Assembly (NCBI RefSeq): GCF_004010195.1
Contig: NC_057753.1
Coordinates: 15,296,864 to 15,332,846 of the forward strand
Length of the DNA: 35,983 nucleotides
Source of the DNA: Chiloscyllium plagiosum
Taxonomy: Eukaryota
Reading direction: 5' to 3'
Below, one piece after another: positions 23,451 to 34,364 of the stretch. Position 1 is the first letter of the stretch. Every line of letters begins with the position of its first letter. The notes under the pieces are model-generated. The model was not told the origin of the DNA, ran no database searches, and saw nothing but the letters and a program-made list of their open reading frames with translations. Made by a program: the position numbers and the translations under genes.

Positions 23451-24432
23451 TGTTGCAATGAATAGGAAGGGTGTCTAACCTTTGGGATAATGTTGCGGAG
23501 CTGGCTCGATTGATAGGCAAGAAGTCCGAATTTTGTGTTCATAAAATAGGGAAAGCTTTGCATGGTCCTTTTAAAAGGTGAAGTTTTTTTTCTGTGATTA
23601 TAAGTATATAATGGACTTCTGCAAGCTGCAGCTTGAAAGTTTGCAAGGAAACAGAAACCACCCAAATTGAAATGCTAGCATCAAAAGGCCGAGCAGTTAC
23701 AAGCAGCCGTATCTACCAAGACAACAGGCTTTTGCATTGAGCCAATCACTTTGAACCAGGCTCGTAGATATCAAATACCTACTAAACTAAAAATCTGATG
23801 CTTTTTGACAACATAGAACCAATCATATTGTCAGAAATATGGATATATCATCAAGAATGTAAAAGGAAGGTGTCAGTTGGGCAAAGACCTAAGAGCCAGT
23901 TGCTGTCCACTCAGGATAACGGCCCTCAGCTTTGCAGAGAGAATCGCTGGCTTTCACAGCCTCCTCTCTGTTGAAGAGAAAGCACCGTTTCAATAACATT
24001 GGTACCAATGGCATATCGGGTGAAGACTCCTGACAGGCAAATCGATGGAGAAAGCGCAGAATATTGCAGAAGACGCGCAACCTGACTGTTATTTCGAGAG
24101 AATGAACGCATTGTTTTATCTGAGTGGGACTTGCATCTATTGGAACAGCAAAACATGCGAATCTTGTTTTATTCGTGAATATGTTAGTAGTTAGCAAGGA
24201 TTTATTCAGTTTGGTAAGAGTTGATTTAAGTGAGATTAATAAATTGGTACTTGTTGATGATAAAGTAGAGTCAGTGGTTTATTTTATTTGACCACTAGAT
24301 GTCACTGAAAGCAGGTTTCATAACTTAATGCACTACTTTTACAGATTATAGTACGTGTTGTTCCTCCTTGGGTGTTTCAGCATTCATTCTCAGATGTAAT
24401 GGGGGTGGGGAGTCAATCATCACTTTATAACA
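23451..24432 (+). repeat. 5' LTR (start uncertain: 23451 or 23491)
   Basis: tgttg...ataaca termini, aataaa at ~24238, followed closely by PBS. Confidence 0.7.
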
Positions 24433-24436
24433 GATC

Positions 24437-24455
24437 TGGGGCTTCGGTCCAGGAT
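24437..24455 (+). promoter_or_regulatory. Degenerate primer-binding site, tRNA-Pro type
   Basis: tggggcttcggtccaggat vs canonical TGGGGGCTCGTCCGGGAT, 4 nt after LTR end; repeated at 27176-27194. Confidence 0.65.
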
Positions 24456-24571
24456 TTTGGACTGGGGTATAGACGGATTTGAAAAGATGTAGGGCACAAA
24501 ATGTCCCAGCAGATGAAAACAGACTTGGTGTCTAATGCCCTAGACCTTTAACTAAAACTGATGCGAGAAGT

Positions 24572-25387
24572 GGAACAGTGAGCAATACAGCAACATACAG
24601 GCCCTTCGGCCCCAGACGTTGTGCCAACATTTTATCCTACTCTCACATCAAAGTAACGTATATAACCTTCACTGTACTGCATTTCATGTGCCTATCTCAG
24701 AGTCGGTTAAATGTCCCCATTGTGTCTGACTCTACCACCACTGCTAGCAGTAAATTCTAAACACCCACCACTCTCTGAGTAAAGAACTTACCTCTGACAT
24801 CTCCTCTAAAACTTCCTCCAATTTTGCTCCCTTGTGATAAACATTTCCACCATTGGGAAACATCTCTGGTGGCCCAGCCTAGCTATGCCTCTCAACATCT
24901 TGCATACTTCTATCAAGCCACCTCTCATTTTTCACTCCAATAAGAAAAGTCCTTGCTCCCTCAACGTTTCTTCATTCGACTTGCTGTGCAGTCCAGGCAG
25001 CACCCTGGTAAATCTCCTCTGCACCCTCTCTAAAGCTTCCACATCTTCACAGTGACGAGGCGACCAGAACTGAACTCAATGCTCCAAGTGTGATCTAATC
25101 AGGGTGTTACAGAGCTGCAACATCAACTGGCAGCTCTTAAACTCAATCCCCCCCCTGCTAATGCAAGACAACACACCATACGCCTGCTTACCAACCTGAC
25201 CAACTTGAGAGAGATCTACGGACATGGACCGCAAGATCCCTCTGTTCCTCCACACTGCCAAGAATCCTGCCTTTAACCGATATTCTGTAGGCAAATTCTA
25301 AAGATTCACTCTCCAAAGTGAGTCACTTCACACTTTTCCAGGTTGAACTCCATCCATCGCTTATCAGCCCAGCTCTGCATCCTGTCG
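24572..25387 (-). mobile_element. CR1 LINE 3' portion inserted in the Gypsy leader; continues at 28228-28350
   Basis: ORF 25076..25294 QAYGVLSCISRGGIEFKSCQLMLQLCNTLIRSHLEH; 3' tail caggcccttcggccc. Confidence 0.88.
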
Positions 25388-25569
25388 GCACGGTGGCACA
25401 GTGGTTAGCACTGCTGCCTCACAGCTCCAGAGACCCGGGTTCAAATCTCGCCTCAGGCGACTGACTGTGTGTAGTTTGCACGTTCTCCCCGTGTCTGCGT
25501 GGGTTTCCTCCGGGTGCTCCGGTTTCCTTCCACAGTCCAAAGATGTGCAGGGTCAGGTGAATTGGCCAT
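25387..25569 (+). mobile_element. HE1 SINE 5' part running into gap; a matching (atcta)n tail lies at 28209-28228
   Basis: A/B boxes and V-domain; ctgtc on both sides as probable TSD. Confidence 0.9.
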
Positions 25570-26340
25570 NNNNNNNNNNNNNNNNNNNNNNNNNNNNNNN
25601 NNNNNNNNNNNNNNNNNNNNNNNNNNNNNNNNNNNNNNNNNNNNNNNNNNNNNNNNNNNNNNNNNNNNNNNNNNNNNNNNNNNNNNNNNNNNNNNNNNNN
25701 NNNNNNNNNNNNNNNNNNNNNNNNNNNNNNNNNNNNNNNNNNNNNNNNNNNNNNNNNNNNNNNNNNNNNNNNNNNNNNNNNNNNNNNNNNNNNNNNNNNN
25801 NNNNNNNNNNNNNNNNNNNNNNNNNNNNNNNNNNNNNNNNNNNNNNNNNNNNNNNNNNNNNNNNNNNNNNNNNNNNNNNNNNNNNNNNNNNNNNNNNNNN
25901 NNNNNNNNNNNNNNNNNNNNNNNNNNNNNNNNNNNNNNNNNNNNNNNNNNNNNNNNNNNNNNNNNNNNNNNNNNNNNNNNNNNNNNNNNNNNNNNNNNNN
26001 NNNNNNNNNNNNNNNNNNNNNNNNNNNNNNNNNNNNNNNNNNNNNNNNNNNNNNNNNNNNNNNNNNNNNNNNNNNNNNNNNNNNNNNNNNNNNNNNNNNN
26101 NNNNNNNNNNNNNNNNNNNNNNNNNNNNNNNNNNNNNNNNNNNNNNNNNNNNNNNNNNNNNNNNNNNNNNNNNNNNNNNNNNNNNNNNNNNNNNNNNNNN
26201 NNNNNNNNNNNNNNNNNNNNNNNNNNNNNNNNNNNNNNNNNNNNNNNNNNNNNNNNNNNNNNNNNNNNNNNNNNNNNNNNNNNNNNNNNNNNNNNNNNNN
26301 NNNNNNNNNNNNNNNNNNNNNNNNNNNNNNNNNNNNNNNN
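25570..26340. other. Assembly gap
   Basis: N run. Confidence 1.
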
Positions 26341-27537
26341 AAGTTTATAATGGACTTCTGCAAGCTGCAGCTTGAAAGTTTGCAAGGAAACAGAAACCAC
26401 CCAAATTGAAATGCTTGCATCAAAAGGCCGAGCAGTTACAAGCAGCTGTTTTTACCAAGACAACAGGCTTTTGGATTGAGCCAATCACTTTGAACCAGGC
26501 TCGTAGATATCAAATACCTACTAAACTAAAAATCTGATGCTTTTTGACAACATAGAACCAATCATATTGTCAGAAATATGTATATATCATCAAGACTGTA
26601 AAAGGAAGGTGTCAGTTGGGCAAAGACCTAAGAGCTAGTTGCTGTCCACTCAGGATAACGGCCCTCAGCTTTGCAGAGAGAATCGCTGGCTTTCACAGCC
26701 TCCTCTCTGTTGAAGAGAAAGCACCGTTTCAATAACATTGGTACCAATGGCATATCGGGTGAAGACTCCTGACAGGCAAATCGATGGAGAAAGCGCAGAA
26801 TATTGCAGAAGACGCGCAACCTGACTGTTATTTCGAGAGAATGAACGCATTGTTTTATCTGAGTGGGACTTGCATCTATTGGAACAGCATAACATGCGAA
26901 TCTTGTTTTATTCGTGAATATGTTAGTAGTTAGCAGGGATTTATTCGGCTTGGTAAGAGTTGAGTTAAGTGAGATTAGTAAATTGGCACTTGTTGATGAT
27001 AAAGTAGTGTCAGTGGTTTATTTTATTTGACCACTAGATGTCACTGAAAGCAGGTTTCGTGACTTCATGCACTACTTTTACAGATTATCGTGCGTGGTGT
27101 TCCTCCTTGGGTGTTTCAGCATTCATTCTCAGATGTAATGGGGGTGGGGAGTCAATCATCACTTTATAACAGATCTGGGGCTTCGGTCCAGGATTTTGGA
27201 CTGGGGTATAGACGGATTTGAAAAGATGTAGGGCACAAAATGTCCCAGCAGATGAAAACAGACTTGGTGTCTAATGCCCTAGACCTTTAACTAAAACTGA
27301 TGCGAGAAGTGGAACAGTGAGCAATACAGCAACATACAGGCCCTTCAGCCCCAGACGTTGTGCCAACGTTTTATCCGACTCTCACATCAAAGTAACGTAT
27401 ATAACCTTCACTGTACTGCATTTCATGTGCCTATCTCAGAGTCGGTTAAATGTCCCCATTGTGTCTGACTCTACCACCACTGCTAGCAGTAAATTCTAAA
27501 CACCCACCACTCTCTGAGTAAAGAACTTACCTCTGAC
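26341..27537 (+). repeat. Direct duplicate of 23602-24798 (LTR part, PBS, leader, CR1 junction)
   Basis: Constant offset 2739; about 25 substitutions counted by eye, no indels noticed. Confidence 0.95.
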
Positions 27538-28208
27538 NNNNNNNNNNNNNNNNNNNNNNNNNNNNNNNNNNNNNNNNNNNNNNNNNNNNNNNNNNNNNNN
27601 NNNNNNNNNNNNNNNNNNNNNNNNNNNNNNNNNNNNNNNNNNNNNNNNNNNNNNNNNNNNNNNNNNNNNNNNNNNNNNNNNNNNNNNNNNNNNNNNNNNN
27701 NNNNNNNNNNNNNNNNNNNNNNNNNNNNNNNNNNNNNNNNNNNNNNNNNNNNNNNNNNNNNNNNNNNNNNNNNNNNNNNNNNNNNNNNNNNNNNNNNNNN
27801 NNNNNNNNNNNNNNNNNNNNNNNNNNNNNNNNNNNNNNNNNNNNNNNNNNNNNNNNNNNNNNNNNNNNNNNNNNNNNNNNNNNNNNNNNNNNNNNNNNNN
27901 NNNNNNNNNNNNNNNNNNNNNNNNNNNNNNNNNNNNNNNNNNNNNNNNNNNNNNNNNNNNNNNNNNNNNNNNNNNNNNNNNNNNNNNNNNNNNNNNNNNN
28001 NNNNNNNNNNNNNNNNNNNNNNNNNNNNNNNNNNNNNNNNNNNNNNNNNNNNNNNNNNNNNNNNNNNNNNNNNNNNNNNNNNNNNNNNNNNNNNNNNNNN
28101 NNNNNNNNNNNNNNNNNNNNNNNNNNNNNNNNNNNNNNNNNNNNNNNNNNNNNNNNNNNNNNNNNNNNNNNNNNNNNNNNNNNNNNNNNNNNNNNNNNNN
28201 NNNNNNNN
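27538..28208. other. Assembly gap
   Basis: N run. Confidence 1.
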
Positions 28209-28227
28209 TAATCTAATCTAATCTAAT

Positions 28228-28350
28228 CTGTCAATGTCCCGTTGCAATCTACAACAGCCCTCCACACTAACCAAAACTCCACCAAGCTTCATGTCATTGG
28301 CAGACTTATCAAAGTACCCTTTCGCGTCCTCATTCAAGTCATTGATAAAA
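28228..28350 (-). mobile_element. 5' remainder of the CR1 interrupted at 25387
   Basis: cagctctgcatcctgtc|aatgtcccgttgcaatctacaacagccctcc is collinear with the CR1 at 31160-31210. Confidence 0.8.
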
Positions 28351-28592
28351 CGCACATGGAAAATCTGTATAATTTCGGTTGCATATTGTTGGATAAATCA
28401 AGAGTTGGGGAAATGTTTCTTTACATGGTTGAAGTGGTTCCGGGCATGAAGAAGCTTCCCAAATTTGCCAAGTAAGTTACGAAAGGCAAGAAAGGGTGAC
28501 ACTTGCAGAACTTGGGTTTCACATTGGGTTTAACTCGGGATAATAGAAAATTGAAATTGTAACTGAGTTAACCAAGCAGTTAGGAATACCAG

Positions 28593-28728
28593 AGAAAAAA
28601 TCGAGTGTGGTGGAGTGAGGAAAAAAAAAATCAAATTCTGAATAAGACAATTGGAGTCAGAAAAATCGAGTGTGGTTGGAGTGAGGAAAAAAAAATCAAA
28701 TTCTGAATAAGACAATTGGAGTCAGAAA
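28593..28728 (+). repeat. 65-bp tandem duplication within gag
   Basis: tcgagtgtgg...aataagacaattggagtcagaaa at 28601 and 28666. Confidence 0.9.
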
Positions 28729-29565
28729 GTGAAACTGAAAGGGAAAGAAAGGGAGAAGAAGGGGGACTGAAACGGTTTTGAATTAGAGTTAAAAGCAATG
28801 GAAAAGGAAAGTGAACGAAGCTGAGGAATAAAATGAAAAAGAGAAGGATGAGAGAAAGTACTCCCATCTTCTGAACTCCAGAGGTTGGCAATTAGACAGG
28901 AAAGTCGGTGTAACAGGATGGAGGGGCAGAAAGGAGGTAGATTTAGTGGGGAGGATAGTATGATGAGCCAACTCATCATAGCCAAAGACCAGGTGGGATA
29001 TTTACGAATATGTCCAAACTTTACCAAAACTCGATGAAAAAAGCTACAGAAGCCTTGTTCATTTTCCTTTGAGAAATTGGCTAACCAGACGAAATGGCCG
29101 GATTCCGTGTAGGTGATGCTGATTCAGACCAAGTTGTTGGCAGGGCTAGTGAGGCGTTCGCAGCCCTGTCAGAGGAGATGTTAGGAGAATACGAATGCGC
29201 GTTTCATTGCCTACGGATTGGTGTCAGATACATATAGGCAACAGTTCAGAAATGTACTGAAGGAACCAGGTCAGACATATGCCGAGAATTAAATTGAGCA
29301 ACTTCCACAGATGGGATGAGAGAATGAAAGGTACAAAAGATATACGAAGCTCTTAGAGACAGGGACTCATGATGAGTAACAGAAAGACGAAACAGTGAGA
29401 ACAGCTGCAGAGATGGCGGGTGAATACCCATTGATGCATAAATCGAAATCTGGATTCCGATAGCAATTTCATCTGGCGAGGGATAGAGATTGAGAAAGAA
29501 GGAGATCCTCAAAATAAAAATAAAAGTGCATCAGAATGGGAAGCGTTTAGCCCAGGTGAATAAAG

Positions 29566-29838
29566 GAGAAAGTGAGGTCTGCAGATGCTGGAGATCAGAG
29601 CTGAAAATGTGTTGCTGGAAAAGCGCACTGAAGAAAGGGCTTAGTGGTTAGGGTGGTTAGTGTGGAGGGCTGTTGTAGATTGCAACGGGACATTGACAGA
29701 TTAGATTAGATTAGATTAGATTAGATTACTTACAGTGTGGTAAGCCCTGAAGAAAGGGCTTACGCCCGAAGCGTCGATTCTCCTGTTCCCTGGATGCTGC
29801 CTGACCTGCTGCGCTTTTCCAGCAACACGTTTTCAGCA
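29566..29838. mobile_element. Composite Penelope pLTR insertion with inverted arms, captured local sequence and 13-bp TSD
   Basis: TSD caggtgaataaag at 29553-29565 and 29839-29851; inverted arms 29600-29627 and 29810-29837; variant hammerhead core ctgaaga..gggcttacgcccgaagcgtc at 29747-29775. Confidence 0.88.
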
Positions 29839-30532
29839 CAGGTGAATAAAGAAACCCAAGAGGGTGGAGAGGAGGTGAAAGACCTCAGGTAATTTCACTG
29901 CAGTCAGGGGGGGGGTGACACAACGTTTCAGAGAGGCACTGGGACAAAGGATGCGGGAAAAGAGCCTAAACCGTTGGGATTAGTTAAGGTAGGGAAAGAA
30001 ATCCCAGGAGAAGCTGTAGAAGAGTGCACTGCCTCTTCAGGGGCGGGATAGTGAGATAGCGTCCAATCTTTTCAAAGAATTCACATGTGTAGGTCAGGTT
30101 TACTCAGTGAGAACATAAGGAGTAGGTAACAAAGTTGAGAGATACGGGAGATAATCTGTCTAATGGTAAGATATTCGCACTCCTGAAGTATTTTCCGAGA
30201 GATAGTAATCTTGGGAATGGATGGAGACAGGAGTAGTGTCTCCCTGTGTCGGATAAGGCCAGAACGTCCAGTCAAAATTGGGGAAGAAGCGATAGTGGGA
30301 GTGATGGAAAAAAATGGGTATCGTAGGAATCCAGTTTATTCTTGGAAATGATGTAGCTCGATCACGGGCCGGAGTGAAGCCTGGTGTCGTGCAAATGCCA
30401 GGAAACAAAAACGGAGAACTGAGGAGTCAAAGATATCCTGGGATTTTTCCCGGAGTGTGTGCTGACAGGATGTCACAGCCATAAGTTAAGACAAGAAGGG
30501 AAAACAGAAAGGTGAAGGAGTTGAGGCCGGGT

Positions 30533-31217
30533 TAGAACATAGAACAAAGAACATAGAACAATAGAACCCACCCCTGACATCTCGTCCTTCCACCCTTCAC
30601 CTTAAATTTATGTCCCCTTGTAACACTCTGTTGTACCCGGGGGAAAAGTTTCTGATTGTCTACTCTATCTATTCCTCTGATCATCTTATAAACCTCTATC
30701 AAGTCACCCCTCGTCCTTCGCTGTTCCAACGAGAAAAGGCCTAGCACTCTCAACCTATCCTCGTACGACCTATTCTCCATTCCAGGCAACATCCTGGTAA
30801 ATCTTCTCTGCACCCTCTCCAAAGCTTCCACATCTTTCCTAAAGTGAGGCGACCAGAACTGCACACAGTACTCCAAATGTGGCCTAACCAAAGTCCTGTA
30901 CAGTTGCAACATCACTTCACGACTCTTGAATTCAATCCCTCTGCTAATGAACGCTAATACACCATAGGCCTTCTTACAAGCTCTATCTACCTGAGTGGCA
31001 ACTTTCAAAGATCTATGTACATAGACCCCAAGATCCCTCTGTTCCTCACCTGACTAAGAACCCTACCGTTAAGCCTGTATTCCGCATTCTTATTTGTCTT
31101 TCCAAAATGGACAACCTCACACTTGGCAGGGTTGAACTCCATCTGCCACTCCTCAGCCCAGCTCTGCATCATATCTAAGTCCCTTTGCAGCCGACAACAG
31201 CCCTCCTCACTATCCAT
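30533..31217 (-). mobile_element. Young 5'-truncated CR1 LINE inserted in Gypsy pol
   Basis: ORFs 31005..31217 (LQRDLD..WAEEWQMEFNPAKC) and 30532..31008 (LYRTLVRPHLEYCVQFWSP...RGDLIEVYK); (tagaaca)n tail; one frameshift and a 3' deletion. Confidence 0.95.
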
Positions 31218-32500
31218 CTGACATCCTGTTTGATGAGATGGTGAAGGAAAAGCCTTAAGCAGGCACAGAATCAGACAGAGGTGCTTTGTTGTGAAAGATT
31301 TATGAATGTATCACACACAAAAAAATATAGATGAGATGATAAAATATTGATGTAATAACACATACTTGGAAAAGGATTCCGAGCATATTTCGGAATGCTA
31401 CGCCATTAAAGATAAAATCATACGGCAGAAATGGAGACCTTGGCAATTAGTGCAGATTAGAAATGGGCGGAGGTTCACAGACAGGAATTATTGTGGGCAG
31501 TGCATGAATTACGTATAGCAGGTCAGCTAGGAATGAAGAGGGCTCAGGCTAAGATACAAAAGCAGTTTAATTGGCCTGGGTTACACAAAGATGTCCCTGC
31601 CATATGTGTCACATGGTCGGAAATCCACAGGCGGTGGTAAAACCAGCGCCTTCGATGCCAGTTCCCGCATTTGAAGAACTTTTTACACGGGTCAGAATGG
31701 ATTGTGTTGGACCTCACCCTAAAACTATGAACTAGCATTTGCTCTACGTAACGGGTGTGTCTACCAGGTTTCTAGAGGCAATTCCACGATGGAATGTCAA
31801 GGAAAAAGGTTTCCAGGGGAGTTGCTTGCTTTCTTACCCGCTATGGATTGGCGAGGGAGATGCAGTCACAGCCACGGTCAAGTAAATTAAGCGAATCAAA
31901 GATAGTGTGGACATCAAAAACCTTAAATCAAGTGCATGCCATCCTGCGTCTTAGGGAGTACTGGAAAGGTGGCCTCAGACACTAAACACCTTGCTGAATA
32001 TATTGCTAGGATTATCTAAGTGATCAGAATAAAGGTATCCCATTTATCTTCTTTGCTCTCAGAGATGCTCCAAATGAATTGACTCAGTTTATGCCGTGTG
32101 AATTGATATTGCCACATGAACTAAGAAAGCCTTTCAAATTAATGAAGGAAAAGTTAATGGGTCCAAAATCAGAGATCTTACAGTTCGACTACGGATCTGA
32201 GGTGAGAGAAAGGTTAAACAAAGTTCTTGAATGAGTCAGGCAACTTTCGAATGTGGGACAGCACCGCGTGAAGCAAGTCGAAGATTTTAATAATCTGAAA
32301 TTCGTACACTTGGCCGTGTGGATAAAGTTTTGGTCCTGTTACCAGTGGTTGGAGATCCCTTCAAAACACGGTTTAGTGGTCCCTATCAGATTGAAAAATA
32401 AAATCAGGTGAATTATCTGGTAAAAATGGCAGATAGAAAACAAAATAATGTGCTGTGTATATCATGTGAACATGCCGATATATTACTATGACAGGGAAAG
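31218..32500 (+). pseudogene. Gypsy integrase remnant
   Basis: HELRIAGQLG..KIQKQFNWPGLHKDV (Zn domain), FTRVRMDCVGP, STRFLEAIP, FLTRYGLAREMQS, HPAS*GVLERW, FSGPYQIEK (GPY/F). Confidence 0.88.
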
Positions 32501-32749
32501 GGGGGGAGTAACAGATATTACTTAGTGACACTCAGAGTGAGGAAACAAATCCAGATGATTCAGATTTTAATGTCCCTCTCAATAAATTGACTCATGAGGA
32601 TTTCGTCATGGAGTGGGACAGGGTAGTGAGCTGTCTATCCCAGGAACAGTGAACTGAATTGAAAAAAAATCGTACCAGAGCTATGAGGACTTATGCAGGA
32701 ATAGAATGTCATATTACACGAGGTTGCCATAGTGTTTGCTGTTCCAATA

Positions 32750-33400
32750 AAAGAACACCCCTACAGGCTAAATCCTCTCAAAGCAGTGCAGATTCAGAAG
32801 GAAGTGGGGGAAGCACGGTGGCTCAGTGGTTAGCATTGCTTCCTCACTGTGCCAGTGACCTGGGCTCAATTCTGGCCTCAGACGTCGATCTGTGTGGAGT
32901 TTGCACATTCTCCCCGTATCTGCATGGGTTTCCTCCTGGTGCTCCAGTTTCTTCCCACAATCCAAAGATATGCAGGTTATGCCATGCTAAATTGCCTATA
33001 GTGTTCAGGGATGTATGGGTTAGGTGCTTTGTAAATGTAGAGAAAAGGGGAAATGATTTTGCGGGGATACTCTTCAGAGGGTCAGTGTGGACTTGTTGCA
33101 CTGAAGAGGCTGTTTCCACACTGTAGGGATTCTATGATTCTAAGCAATGTTCCAAGGGGACATCCTCGAGATGATTCAAAGCAAATAGAGTACACCAATT
33201 GTACTGGTTTCTAAACCTGATGATACTCAACAATTCTGTATAGATCATCGGAATTCCAACACCATGCCTCAAACTAACTCGTTCCCAATTCCAAGACTGG
33301 AGGATTGTGAGGACAACGTGGGGCAATCCACATACATCACAAAGTTGGGCATACTGTGCAGTTACTAGCAAATACCTTTGTCAGAGAGAGCAAAATAAGC
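32750..33400 (+). pseudogene. Gypsy reverse transcriptase N-terminal remnant, split by HE1
   Basis: KEHPYRLNP (~32750); PIVLVSKPDDTQQFCIDHR..NSFPIPRLEDC..VGQSTYITKL (33195-33350). Confidence 0.82.
32806..33138 (+). mobile_element. HE1-type SINE, full length, inserted in RT
   Basis: ggtggctcagtggttagc head, V-domain, tail gtttccacactgtagggattctatga. Confidence 0.9.
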
Positions 33401-33413
33401 TTTGGCTTTTACA

Positions 33414-33619
33414 GTGCTGTGTATATCATGTGAACATGCTGAAATATGACCATGACAGGGAAAGGGGGAGGGGGGGGGGAAGTAAGAGATATTAGTTAGT
33501 GACACTCAGAGTGAGGAAACAAATCCAGATGACTCAGATTTTAATGTCCCTCTCAATAAATTGACTCATGAGGAATTCGTCAAGGAGTGGGACAGGGTAG
33601 TGAGCTGTCTATCCCAGGA
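33414..33619 (+). repeat. ~200-bp direct duplicate of 32450-32645
   Basis: gtgctgtgtatatcatgtgaacatgc...gtgagctgtctatcccagga in both. Confidence 0.92.
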
Positions 33620-33621
33620 CT

Positions 33622-34340
33622 CAAAGAGTCCTACAGGATAGGGACAGATGCTTTGGCTCAAACTGGACTATGCTGAACAAAATGTCCATCTACGCGAAAC
33701 TCATTGACCTGCACTTGGCCCATGTACATCTAATCCATTGCTCTTCATGCTTTGTTTTGTCCCAGTGCCTTGTCAATGTTGTTAATGTATCCGCCTCAAC
33801 CACTTCTGCCGGTAGCTCATTTCACACCTTTGCCACACTCGGTTAAAAAAAAAGTTGCCCCACAGGTTTGTGCTTTTCCCTCTGATCTTAAACTGACGCC
33901 CTCTCATCCTCGATTCATCAATCCTGGGGGAAAAAAAAAAGACTAAATGGATTGATCATTTCCATGCCTCTCATGATCTTATCCACCTCCATAAGGTCCG
34001 CTCTCGGTCTTTGCACTCGAAAGAAAATATGTCCGAGCTTGTGTAAACTCTCCCGATAACTTAGACCTAGCAATACCCTTGGAAATTTATTTTGCATTCT
34101 TTCCAGTTTAGTAACACCCTTGCTATGACAAGGTAACAAAAAGTGAGTGCAATACTCCAAGTGCAGCCTCATCAATGTCTGTATAAATGCAACACTGTGT
34201 CCCAACTTCTATACTCAGTGCCGTGATGAATGAAGACCAATGTGCCAAAACATTTCTTCACTGCCCTGTCTACCTGTGACTCCACTTTCAAAAAATTCTG
34301 AATGTGAACTCCAAGATCCCTCTGTTCCACTACATTCCTT
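33622..34340 (-). mobile_element. CR1 LINE 3' fragment, decayed
   Basis: ORF 33918..34205 MRLHLEYCTHFLLP..KLERMQNKFPR..RADLMEVDKIMRG. Confidence 0.85.
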
Positions 34341-34364
34341 AATGATCTACCTCCAGTGCAAAAG

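Larger units (their letters stand above)
28350..30480 (+). pseudogene. Gypsy gag and protease remnant
   Basis: YVQTLPKLDEK..FEKLANQTKWP (~29008-29100), GRASEAFAALSEE, AYGLVSDTYRQQFRN, decayed CCHC knuckle (~29885), LRDTG protease motif (~30135), QFILGNDVA (~30333). Confidence 0.75.
23451..33619 (+). mobile_element. Decayed Gmr1-like Ty3/Gypsy LTR retrotransposon (5' LTR-PBS-gag-PR-IN-RT), 3'-truncated, with nested insertions
   Basis: LTR and PBS, then gag, protease, integrase and RT motifs in that order (see sub-features); no 3' LTR seen. Confidence 0.85.

Noticed and set aside
23889..24197. ORFs shared with 26628-26895
   Set aside because: Antisense frames in LTR sequence, similar only because of the duplication
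26341..27171. Second LTR as the 3' LTR of a provirus
   Set aside because: Followed by the same PBS, leader and CR1 junction, and lies upstream of gag-pol
30532..31008. 158-aa ORF as a host gene
   Set aside because: It is the C-terminus of CR1 ORF2 in a truncated insertion
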